From an uncultured Candidatus Saccharibacteria bacterium (lineage in GTDB: Bacteria; Patescibacteriota; WWE3; UBA101185; UBA10185), in contig CAYRRO010000001.1 of NCBI GenBank assembly GCA_964426685.1, positions 9,690 to 36,760 of the forward strand: a DNA stretch of 27,071 nt, written 5' to 3'. Under the pieces are notes generated by a model that was given only the letters and a program-made list of their open reading frames with translations, was not told the origin of the DNA and did not search any database. Of the stretch, positions 7,121 to 14,943 are shown in pieces; position 1 is the stretch's first letter, and each line of letters begins with the position of its first letter. Made by a program: the position numbers and the translations under genes.

Positions 7121-8161
7121 ATGTTGATTGATAAAACCAACCCGTTAAAAACATTAATGACAGGGATTAGACCGACCGGACCTCTTCACTTAGGTCATTA
7201 TGTGGGGGCTCTTAAAAATTGGGTTGAACTTCAGGATAAATACGAATGCTTTTTTATGGTTGCTGATGTTCAGGCTCTAACTACACATGCTGATAACCCA
7301 AAATTAATTGAGGAGTCTGTCAGAGAAGTTGTTTTGGACTTTTTGGCAATAGGACTTGATCCCTATAAAGAGAACGTACATTTTATCTTGCAAAGTGCAA
7401 TGCCCGAGCTAACCGAGCTCACGGTGTATTTATCAATGGTTACACCTTTCACATGGATGCAAAGCAATCCCACTATACAAACCGAATCAAAGTATTTAGG
7501 TAAAAATATTTCCACAGGTTTTATGTACTATCCTGTTAGTCAGGCAGCTGACATACTTTTTCCTTCTCCCGACCCCAAAGAGTCAAACGAGCTTATTTTA
7601 GTACCGGTCGGAGAAGATCAAGTACCCCACCTTAGGGACACAAATAATATTGTTTCTGCTTTTAACAGAACCTACTCCCCGGCTTTTGTAGAATGTGACG
7701 CACTTGTTGGAAAAATTGGAAGGCTTGTTGGTACAGACGGGCAGGCTAAAATGTCAAAATCTCTAAATAATTCAATCTTTTTAAAAGACGATATTGAAAC
7801 AGTTAAAAAAATGATAAAAGGGATGTATACAGATCCAAATAGAATACATCCAAACGATCCCGGCACTGTCGAAGGTAATCCCGTATTCATCTATCACGAC
7901 GCTTTTAATAATAATAAAGAAGAGGTTACGGATTTAAAAGAAAGATATCGAAAAGGAACGGTTGGGGATGTTGAGGTTAAGGAAAAATTAGAGAAAGCAG
8001 TTCAGGAATTTCTAAACCCAATCAGAGAAAATAGAAAAAAACATGAAAAAGATGACATTAAAGGTATTCTAGATGAGGGCACCGTATTTGCTCGTTCTTT
8101 AGCCAAAAAAACCCTGGAAAGAGTAAAAGAAGCAATGCATCTTAACTACTCTAATTTATAA
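7121..8161 (+). CDS. trpS: Tryptophan--tRNA ligase (resembles the TrpRS II-type subgroup)
   Basis: [16 protein letters not shown] (HIGH motif), [44 protein letters not shown]. Adjacent to tRNA-Trp. Confidence 0.97.
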   Translation: MLIDKTNPLKTLMTGIRPTGPLHLGHYVGALKNWVELQDKYECFFMVADVQALTTHADNPKLIEESVREVVLDFLAIGLDPYKENVHFILQSAMPELTELTVYLSMVTPFTWMQSNPTIQTESKYLGKNISTGFMYYPVSQAADILFPSPDPKESNELILVPVGEDQVPHLRDTNNIVSAFNRTYSPAFVECDALVGKIGRLVGTDGQAKMSKSLNNSIFLKDDIETVKKMIKGMYTDPNRIHPNDPGTVEGNPVFIYHDAFNNNKEEVTDLKERYRKGTVGDVEVKEKLEKAVQEFLNPIRENRKKHEKDDIKGILDEGTVFARSLAKKTLERVKEAMHLNYSNL

Positions 8162-8207
8162 CCAAATATTTTCTTTAAATAATTTTATATATTAGGTTCT
8201 CACAAAA

Positions 8208-8219
8208 GTGTAAAATTTA
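8208..8219 (+). promoter_or_regulatory. -10 box TAAAAT (8211-8216) within GTGTAAAATTTA, 14 nt upstream of the mgtA ATG
   Basis: The 13-mer AGTGTAAAATTTA here is identical to the one upstream of trpS. Confidence 0.55.
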
Positions 8220-8230
8220 TTTAACTGCCT

Positions 8231-10753
8231 ATGAAATTTTCTGAATACACAATTAAATCCAACGAAACGCTATGTGAGGAATTTAACACTGATATTGAAA
8301 AAGGACTCTCTGCTCAAAAAGCTAACATCAGAAAAAACAGACATGGTCCAAACACTTTACGTGCGGACGAATCAACATGGTTTGATGTTTTGCTAAGACA
8401 ATTTAAATCTGCTTTCATTTACCTGTTGGTAGCCGCTTCGGTAATTTCATTTATACTCAATAATCGATTTGATTCTTTGATGATAATTCTTTTTGTATTA
8501 ATAAACACAGGCTTAGGTTTCTATCAGGAATTTAAATCACAAAAAGCACTCTCATATTTAAAAAATCTTGTTGATAGACAGGTGCGGGTTATAAGATCGG
8601 GTCAGACAAAATACATTTCTTCAACTGATTTAGTGCCGGGTGACGTGGTGCTCTTGGAGGTCGGAGATATAGTTCCGGCAGATATCAGATTAGTGATGGA
8701 AGATAATTTTTATGTTGACGAGTCTTCTTTAACCGGAGAGTCGGTTACGGTAAAAAAATATTCAAACCCGCTTAAAGAAAAGGAAACTCAAATTTATAAA
8801 GCTAACAACATAGCGTTTATGGGTACTACGGTTTCAGAAGGTAATTCAAAAGGAATCGTAATATTCACAGGTAAGGAAACTGAGATTGGTAAAATAACTA
8901 AACTTACAGTTGAAACTTCCGACACCAGTGGTTTTGAAAAACACATAAATAAATTCAGCAAGTTTATTTTAATACTAACGTCAGTAACGTTAATTGTGGT
9001 TTTTTTGGCACATCTTTTTATAAAAGGTAAGGACGTTTCAATACCGGAATTAACTCTTTTCTCTATAGCCTTGGCAGTAGGAGTTATACCCGAGGCTCTC
9101 CCTTTAGTTACAACATTTTCTCTAACTCAGGGTGCTTTAAAATTAGCTAAAAAGAAAGTTGTGGCAAAAAGGCTTTCGGCTATAGAAGATTTAGGAAGCG
9201 TTGAAATTTTATGTAGTGATAAAACAGGGACTTTAACTGAAAACAGCCTTTCTGTTTCAGAAATATTTTCAAATGATGAGGAAAGTACACTTCTCTACTC
9301 CGCTTTAGCAGGAGATCTTTTCGGAAATAAAAAAACTGCAAATAATTCCTTTGATTTAGCAATTTTTAAAAAAATAGGACGTTTAGAATTAGCAAAATTA
9401 AAAAAGATTAAAAGATTAAATGAAAATCCCTTTAATCCAGCCAGAAGAAGAAATAGCGTTTTAGTAGAGATAGATTCAAAAAAATATATTATAGTTCGGG
9501 GTGCCCAGGAAAATATTCTTCCCTATGTATCTAACATTTCAAAAGAAGACGAAGAGGATGTTTTAAAATGGATTTTAGAACAAGGTAAAAAAGGACGAAG
9601 GATAATTACTTTAGCAAAGAAGGAATTTAGTGGGGATGACTATGATGTGAAAGATGAAGAGTTAAATTTAGATTTAGTTGGATTAATATCCTTTTCTGAT
9701 CCAATAAAAACAAGTACCAAAGGTGCAGTAAAAAAAGCACAGGAATTAGGTGTAAAAATAAAAATTATAACTGGGGATAGTGTTGAAGTAGCAGGTGCAG
9801 TTGCTTATGAAGTAGGTATAGCTAAATCTTCAGGTGAAGTCATTTCTGGTTTTGATTTTGAGAAAATGAATTACGAAGAAAAAATATCTGCTGTTGAAAA
9901 AGGAAACGTTTTTGCAAGAGTATCCCCTGAACAGAAATTTCAAATTATTGAGATTTTACAAAAGAAATACACCGTGGGTTATTTAGGAGATGGTATCAAC
10001 GATGCCCCCGCATTAAAATTAGCTAATGTAGCTATTGTTGTTAACGGGGCTTCGGATGTTGCAAGAGAAGCATCTGATTTAATTTTGTTGCAACAGGATT
10101 TAAAAGTAATTATTGATGGAATTGAGGAAGGTAGAAAAACATTTGTTAATACATCTAAATATATTAAGGCCACTCTTTCGTCTAACTTTGGAAATTTTTA
10201 TGCAGTAGCAATTGCCTCTCTTATGATAGATTATCTTCCAATGCTTCCGGTTCAAATCCTTTTAGTAAATTTACTCTCTGATTTTCCGATGATATCTATT
10301 GCAACGGATAATGTGGAGAAGAAAGAAATTAAAAACCCTTGTGCTTACAATAATACAGAAATAGTTATTATTGCAACTTTTTTGGGGATAGTAAGTACGG
10401 TTTTTGACCTTTTACTATTTTCAATTTTTAGAAAGGAAAGTCCGGAAATCCTTAGAACAGCATGGTTTATAGAAAGCATATTAACCGAGTTAGTTTTAAT
10501 ATTTTCCATCAGGACAAAGAGCTTTATTTTCAAGAGTCGTTCAAAGCCTTCCGGAATAATTTTATTTTTGACCTCTTTGGCTGCTATAAGTACATTTTTA
10601 ATAACCTTTTTACCATTCGGAAAAAATACTTTTGGGTTTATCCCTCTCAGTTATAATAATTTATCGGTAATCGTAGTTGTGGCTATCGGATATTTTATAA
10701 CGAGTGAGTTAGTTAAACTGTCAATTTATAAAAATAAAGTGAAAAATGATTGA
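8231..10753 (+). CDS. mgtA: Magnesium-translocating P-type ATPase (P3B, MgtA-like)
   Basis: TGES, VGVIPEALP, DKTGTLT, GDGINDAPAL. C-terminal SSNFGN...LPMLPVQILLVNLLSDFPMISIATDNV is typical of MgtA. Confidence 0.88.
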   Translation: MKFSEYTIKSNETLCEEFNTDIEKGLSAQKANIRKNRHGPNTLRADESTWFDVLLRQFKSAFIYLLVAASVISFILNNRFDSLMIILFVLINTGLGFYQEFKSQKALSYLKNLVDRQVRVIRSGQTKYISSTDLVPGDVVLLEVGDIVPADIRLVMEDNFYVDESSLTGESVTVKKYSNPLKEKETQIYKANNIAFMGTTVSEGNSKGIVIFTGKETEIGKITKLTVETSDTSGFEKHINKFSKFILILTSVTLIVVFLAHLFIKGKDVSIPELTLFSIALAVGVIPEALPLVTTFSLTQGALKLAKKKVVAKRLSAIEDLGSVEILCSDKTGTLTENSLSVSEIFSNDEESTLLYSALAGDLFGNKKTANNSFDLAIFKKIGRLELAKLKKIKRLNENPFNPARRRNSVLVEIDSKKYIIVRGAQENILPYVSNISKEDEEDVLKWILEQGKKGRRIITLAKKEFSGDDYDVKDEELNLDLVGLISFSDPIKTSTKGAVKKAQELGVKIKIITGDSVEVAGAVAYEVGIAKSSGEVISGFDFEKMNYEEKISAVEKGNVFARVSPEQKFQIIEILQKKYTVGYLGDGINDAPALKLANVAIVVNGASDVAREASDLILLQQDLKVIIDGIEEGRKTFVNTSKYIKATLSSNFGNFYAVAIASLMIDYLPMLPVQILLVNLLSDFPMISIATDNVEKKEIKNPCAYNNTEIVIIATFLGIVSTVFDLLLFSIFRKESPEILRTAWFIESILTELVLIFSIRTKSFIFKSRSKPSGIILFLTSLAAISTFLITFLPFGKNTFGFIPLSYNNLSVIVVVAIGYFITSELVKLSIYKNKVKND

Positions 10754-10761
10754 TTATACTT

Positions 10762-11448
10762 TCATTCTCTGATGTAATTTTCAGCTTCGGTAATTACCTT
10801 TTCCATAATTCTGACCGATTCTATTGGATATTTACCTATTGCAGTTTCTTCTGACAACATTACAGCGTTCACACCGTCGAAAACTGCGTTTGCCACATCG
10901 GAAACTTCTGCATTGGTTGGATATGGTTTTTCAGTCATTGACAAAAGCATCTCGGTTGCTGCGATGACGTACTTATTTTTTAGAATAGCTTCTTTAGTAA
11001 ACTGTTTTTGGAGAGGCGGGACTTTTTCTAATGTTACAGCGCTACTTAAATCTCCTCTGGCAATCATTACGCCATCTGACGCTTCTAAAATTTCGTTGTA
11101 ATTGGATACTCCTTTAACCGATTCTATTTTTGAGATTACTACACAGTTTGGATATTTCGATTTTACGCTTTCAATCTGTTCTTTTGATTCCGCAAAAGAA
11201 ACAGCTATAAGGTCCATTTCGTTTTCATCGCAAAAAGAAAGAATTTCTTCGCTTTTAATATCAAGCATCTTTTTAACATGGGAGTTCGGGTCTACTTCTT
11301 TTAAATTCTGTAATATATTTTTGTACTGCTCAACATCTCCATAAGAAGTGTTTATCCTAATTATATCTACACCTTCTGACACAAGTTGTCCCAGAATATT
11401 TTTATCAATGGAAGAAGGTCCGATTGTAGCTATAACATTTGTTCTCAT
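10762..11448 (-). CDS. pyk: Minimal pyruvate kinase (catalytic A-barrel only; no B lid, no C domain)
   Basis: IATIGP, IRINTSYG, MLDIK, AVSF, SKIES, DGVMIARGDL, ATEML, AEVSDVANAVFDG, MLSEETAIGKYP. Only 228 aa. Confidence 0.9.
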   Translation of the reverse strand: MRTNVIATIGPSSIDKNILGQLVSEGVDIIRINTSYGDVEQYKNILQNLKEVDPNSHVKKMLDIKSEEILSFCDENEMDLIAVSFAESKEQIESVKSKYPNCVVISKIESVKGVSNYNEILEASDGVMIARGDLSSAVTLEKVPPLQKQFTKEAILKNKYVIAATEMLLSMTEKPYPTNAEVSDVANAVFDGVNAVMLSEETAIGKYPIESVRIMEKVITEAENYIRE

Positions 11449-11454
11449 TTTTAA

Positions 11455-11463
11455 ATGATATCA
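11455..11463 (-). promoter_or_regulatory. Extended -10 element TG-a-TATCAT, 6 nt upstream of the pyk ATG (leaderless geometry)
   Basis: Minus strand: ttc-TGA-TATCAT-ttaaaa-ATG. Confidence 0.55.
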
Positions 11464-11481
11464 GAAATAAATAATTTTTAA

Positions 11482-12189
11482 CTATTTTGCCATCGCTTTG
11501 GTTTTAAGGTCTTTTGGCATTTTTTCAATGGCGTATCTTAAAGAAGTTCTGGGCATTTTATCTTTGTTTTTTATCACATAGTCAAAAACAGGTTTTAAAT
11601 ATGGTTGCGAAGTAACTTTTAAAAGCCACCCGTACCCTTTTCTAACCATATCTTCTTTATCTTCCAACAAGGTGTCGCAAATTTCAAAAATATCATCTAA
11701 GAACAAACCTTTTTTTGCAGGGGTTATTAGAGATACTGCAGATGCTCTTCTCATCCAGAGGTTTTTTGATTTTGCCCACTTTTTAGGATATTTAATCAAC
11801 TCGGGGTATTTTTCTATCAGACTTCCCACAGAGTGGTTACAGAATACATCGCACTTTGCCCAGTTATTTACATATTTATCAATCCATTCCTCAAACAATT
11901 TAATATCTTTAGATGTAAACTCATTGCTCTTTTTTTGTATCCAATTTGCCGCAATGATAAATTCTTCGTACATATCTGATTTAAAAAGATTTTCACATAA
12001 TCTACATAAATCTTCTTTTGATATTTTTTTAATAAAATCGTAATATTTTTTGCAAATTACTCCGATATCACTTGATTTCATTCCGTAGGTATTAATGGTA
12101 TCCTTAAAAAATCTTTGAGATGATTTTATTCCTTCTTGGTTAGTACAGGACTTTAATTCCTTTTTAAGTTTATTTAAAGTGTCACTCAT
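11482..12189 (-). CDS. DNA alkylation repair protein (AlkD-like HEAT-repeat family)
   Basis: YEEFIIA, WIDKYVNNWAKCDVFC, WAKSKNLWMRRAS, DKEDMVRKGYGWLLK, MPRTSLRYAIEK. Start moved from 12240 (ORF track) to the ATG at 12189, 1 nt after the glyA stop, which removes a 50-nt same-strand overlap. Confidence 0.88.
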   Translation of the reverse strand: MSDTLNKLKKELKSCTNQEGIKSSQRFFKDTINTYGMKSSDIGVICKKYYDFIKKISKEDLCRLCENLFKSDMYEEFIIAANWIQKKSNEFTSKDIKLFEEWIDKYVNNWAKCDVFCNHSVGSLIEKYPELIKYPKKWAKSKNLWMRRASAVSLITPAKKGLFLDDIFEICDTLLEDKEDMVRKGYGWLLKVTSQPYLKPVFDYVIKNKDKMPRTSLRYAIEKMPKDLKTKAMAK

Positions 12190-12190
12190 G

Positions 12191-13510
12191 TTATAAATTT
12201 TGGGATGGAAGTGGGAATTTTTTACAATAAGTTGCGACATCGTTTTTTATCTCGTACAGTTTTTTTTCATTACTGTGATTTTTTAGGGCATCTTGTATAC
12301 ATTCTGATAAAAATTCCATATCTTTTTCCTTCATTCCTCTTGTAGTAGCTGCAGGAGTGCCGATTCTTATTCCGCTTGGATCAAACGGATGTCTTTTTTC
12401 TTCAGGTATAACATTTTTATTTACATTCAGCCCTATTTTATCGAGAATTTTTTCCGCCTCTCCCCCACTGATATTAAATGATTTAACAACGTCGATAAGT
12501 ATCATATGATTGTCTGTACCGTTTGTTATAAGTTTAAATCCTTTTTTCATTAAGCTTTTAGCTAAATATTTTGAGTTTAAAATAATTTGTTCAGCATACT
12601 TTTTAAACTCAGGTTGTAAAGCTTCTTCAAAAGCAATGGCTTTGGCAAGAATGGTGTTCATGTGTGGCCCTCCTTGAAGACCTGGAAAAACAGCTCTATC
12701 TATTAATGTTGGGATATTATCGATTGTTTTTTCTATCTTAGATAGAGGGTTTGAAACATTTCCCATGGAAAGTATCAACCCGCCACGCGGGCCTCGCAGA
12801 GTTTTATGTGTAGTTGCAGTGCAAACTTGAAAACCAAAATCAAAAGGATTGTTTAGCACCCCTCCTGCTACGAGGCCCGCTATGTGTGCTATATCTGCAA
12901 CAGCGAGAGCACCTGATTCTTTTGCTATTTCGGAAATTTTTTTGTAATCCAATTCTCTTGGGTAAGAGGAATACCCAGCAATAATAATTTTTGGTTTTTC
13001 TTTGATTGCAATTGCTCTCATTTCTTCGTAGTCGATTTCTCCTGTTTCTATATCTTTGATTCCGTAATGGATAAAATTATAAATTTTTGAAGAAAATGTC
13101 ATCGGGCTTCCGTGTGTCAAATGCCCTCCATGTGACAATTTCATGCTTAGAATTTTATCCCCGGGATTGGCCCATGCTGAGTAAACTGCTAAGTTAGCAA
13201 TAGATCCGGAGTACGTTTGTACGTTTGAATGACTGCAGTGAAACAACGTCTTAGATAAATCACGGGCAATGTTTTCAATTTCATCTGTGTACTCCTGTCC
13301 CCCGTAGTACCTTTTGCCCGGGTATCCTTCTGAGTATTTGTTTGTGAATACTGTTCCCAAAGCTTTTAAAACGTTTTGACTGACATAATTTTCTGAGGGA
13401 ATAAGTTCTACACCTTCAAGTTGTCTTAAATACTCTTTTTCAGAGTAATTAAAAACATTTGGATATTCTTTTAAGTTGGTGTTTGTTTTGTCTTGATTAT
13501 TTTTTGGCAT
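12191..13510 (-). CDS. glyA: Serine hydroxymethyltransferase
   Basis: ELIPSEN, NKYSEGYPGKRYYGG, GGHLTHG, DIAHIAGL, TTHKTLRGPRGG (PLP lysine), FPGLQGGPH, GTDNH, PSGIRIGTPA. Confidence 0.98.
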   Translation of the reverse strand: MPKNNQDKTNTNLKEYPNVFNYSEKEYLRQLEGVELIPSENYVSQNVLKALGTVFTNKYSEGYPGKRYYGGQEYTDEIENIARDLSKTLFHCSHSNVQTYSGSIANLAVYSAWANPGDKILSMKLSHGGHLTHGSPMTFSSKIYNFIHYGIKDIETGEIDYEEMRAIAIKEKPKIIIAGYSSYPRELDYKKISEIAKESGALAVADIAHIAGLVAGGVLNNPFDFGFQVCTATTHKTLRGPRGGLILSMGNVSNPLSKIEKTIDNIPTLIDRAVFPGLQGGPHMNTILAKAIAFEEALQPEFKKYAEQIILNSKYLAKSLMKKGFKLITNGTDNHMILIDVVKSFNISGGEAEKILDKIGLNVNKNVIPEEKRHPFDPSGIRIGTPAATTRGMKEKDMEFLSECIQDALKNHSNEKKLYEIKNDVATYCKKFPLPSQNL

Positions 13511-13988
13511 TTGTAATTTTAAGCATAATAAAACCGTAGTCGTCTTTAGTGTGTATTATCCAAAGTTCTGTTGACGGGCTCACCCTGTCAATTTTAAGGC
13601 CTGTTTGATTTGATATCTGTCTTTCCAGTGCCTTTACAGCATTTCTGTGTCCTGAAATGACTTTAAAGTCTTCGCTTAAAATCAGTCTGAAAGATTTATA
13701 ACCGGAGGTTCTTATCGTAGGCATTAAGTCTTCAAAGTTATGTCTTCCGGCCCATTGAAAAATAGGTTTGAAATAATTGCCGGTTAATTTATCAAATTTT
13801 TTTATTACTAAAAAAGTATTTCTCATTATCTCGGTTTCAAGAGATTTTATATTATTTAAATTGGTAGTATAAAAAATAAAATTATGAGAATTTATTTCTA
13901 TTTTTACATTCGGAATTAGGTTAGGTAAGATACTTGAAACGTTGCTTTTGTCAGAAGGTTGGAATGTAGATAGATAATAGTTAGCCAT
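13497..13988 (-). CDS. Hypothetical protein resembling the N-terminal THUMP-containing region of Trm11/RlmL-like RNA methyltransferases, with no methyltransferase domain
   Basis: SFRLILS...ALERQISNQTGLKIDRVSPSTELWII...GFIMLKIT resembles the end of such THUMP regions. The protein stops immediately afterwards. Confidence 0.5.
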   Translation of the reverse strand: MANYYLSTFQPSDKSNVSSILPNLIPNVKIEINSHNFIFYTTNLNNIKSLETEIMRNTFLVIKKFDKLTGNYFKPIFQWAGRHNFEDLMPTIRTSGYKSFRLILSEDFKVISGHRNAVKALERQISNQTGLKIDRVSPSTELWIIHTKDDYGFIMLKITNAKK

Positions 13989-13994
13989 AGGGGA

Positions 13995-14000
13995 ATTATA
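13995..14000 (-). promoter_or_regulatory. -10 box TATAAT, 6 nt upstream of the ATG at 13988 (leaderless geometry)
   Basis: Minus strand: gta-TATAAT-tcccct-ATG. Confidence 0.6.
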
Positions 14001-14021
14001 TACTATTTGAAGCCAATTACT

Positions 14022-14435
14022 TTATTTTAATAAATTTGTTCTAATCTGCGATGTTTGAGTGATAGCTTGTTCTGGGGGCATTTTTTGCTGATCCAAGTCC
14101 TTTTTTCGATTTAATATTTTTTGATCAAGTTCCAAAAGACTCTGAACTCCATTTTCAAGCTTGTAGTAATGCAGTATATAAAATATCAAAACAAACATAG
14201 TGATTAGACATAAAATTCCAAAAATAATAACGTCAAAAAATAGATAAAAATATATAAATAGCAATGTAAACAAGGCAAAGGACATAGTCACTATTAAATG
14301 AATTATCCTTTCCGCTTGAAAGTTAGATATCGCAGAGTTATTTAATTTGAGTAAGAAGTCCAAATCCCCCTCTTTTTTAGATTCGGCTATGTTAATTTCC
14401 ATAAATTTTTTATAATTTTGAATTTTTTTATTCAT
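14022..14435 (-). CDS. Small two-TM hypothetical membrane protein
   Basis: Two adjacent hydrophobic helices flanked by FQAERIIHLIVT and HYYKLENGVQ. Lies 3 nt downstream of the previous gene. Confidence 0.75.
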   Translation of the reverse strand: MNKKIQNYKKFMEINIAESKKEGDLDFLLKLNNSAISNFQAERIIHLIVTMSFALFTLLFIYFYLFFDVIIFGILCLITMFVLIFYILHYYKLENGVQSLLELDQKILNRKKDLDQQKMPPEQAITQTSQIRTNLLK

Positions 14436-14438
14436 TAT

Positions 14439-14822
14439 TTATTCACATTTATGTATTACGATAGTTCCTCTGTCTCTTGAGATGTAACAATCCATATCTT
14501 GATATGGTTGACAGTAGCCTCTCTTATCGTACCCGTTTTTGTCCAAAAAGGTTATAACATCGGGATATTCATCAGAATACCTTTCTAATATACAGTCGCC
14601 GGTGCAGTCAGTGTTGTCGTAGCATTCTTTGTTTGCATCTGTGGTAGGTTCCGCGCAAACTATATCATTACTCACAATATTTGGCCCTACTTCCCTTATA
14701 TTTACAGGTGTTCCCCCGAGACTTAAGCAGTTTAATCTTTTGAAAATTTTTGTTTGATCTGCAAAATAATAAATACCGTAAGCTACCCCAATAATGATTA
14801 TTAAGTTAATAAATTTTTTCAT
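14439..14822 (-). CDS. Exported or membrane-anchored cysteine-rich hypothetical protein (8 Cys)
   Basis: N-terminal MKK plus a hydrophobic stretch, then C-x-x-x-GG...C-x-x-PTTDANKEC-x-DNTDCTGDC...GYC...C...C. Confidence 0.75.
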   Translation of the reverse strand: MKKFINLIIIIGVAYGIYYFADQTKIFKRLNCLSLGGTPVNIREVGPNIVSNDIVCAEPTTDANKECYDNTDCTGDCILERYSDEYPDVITFLDKNGYDKRGYCQPYQDMDCYISRDRGTIVIHKCE

Positions 14823-14828
14823 GATTTA

Positions 14829-14837
14829 ATAATAGCA
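14829..14837 (-). promoter_or_regulatory. Extended -10 element TG-c-TATTAT, 6 nt upstream of the ATG at 14822 (leaderless geometry)
   Basis: Minus strand: aat-TGC-TATTAT-taaatc-ATG. Confidence 0.55.
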
Positions 14838-14911
14838 ATTATTTATAAAAGTTTAAGCACGTGTTAGCTTATTTTTATTTTCAAGGGCTTAATTTCTAAG
14901 TTAATCTAATG

Positions 14912-14927
14912 TAGAATAATTATGGAG
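14912..14927 (+). promoter_or_regulatory. -10 box TAGAAT (14912-14917) and SD-like GGAG (14924-14927) for cgs
   Basis: atg-TAGAAT-aattat-GGAG-aattgtt-ATG. The SD-like motif is 7 nt before the start. Confidence 0.5.
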
Positions 14928-14943
14928 AATTGTTATGGAGAAT
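14920..14943 (+). repeat. 11-bp direct repeat TTATGGAGAAT x2 (14920-14930 and 14933-14943) spanning the cgs start codon
   Basis: Read directly: TTATGGAGAAT-TG-TTATGGAGAAT. Confidence 0.9.

Noticed and set aside
8162-8230. Possible Mg2+ riboswitch or leader peptide upstream of mgtA
   Set aside because: The 69-nt AT-rich spacer is far too short and unstructured, and the -10 box is 14 nt from the ATG.
12190-12240. Longer start for the AlkD-like gene given in the ORF track (ATG 12240)
   Set aside because: It overlaps the glyA 3' end by 50 nt on the same strand; the ATG at 12189 sits 1 nt after the glyA stop and fits translational coupling.
14857-14864. GCACGTGT with a CACGTG palindrome at 14857 and at 6304, both in divergent intergenic regions
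   Set aside because: The palindrome does not extend beyond 6 bp and there are only two copies, which is too little to call an operator.
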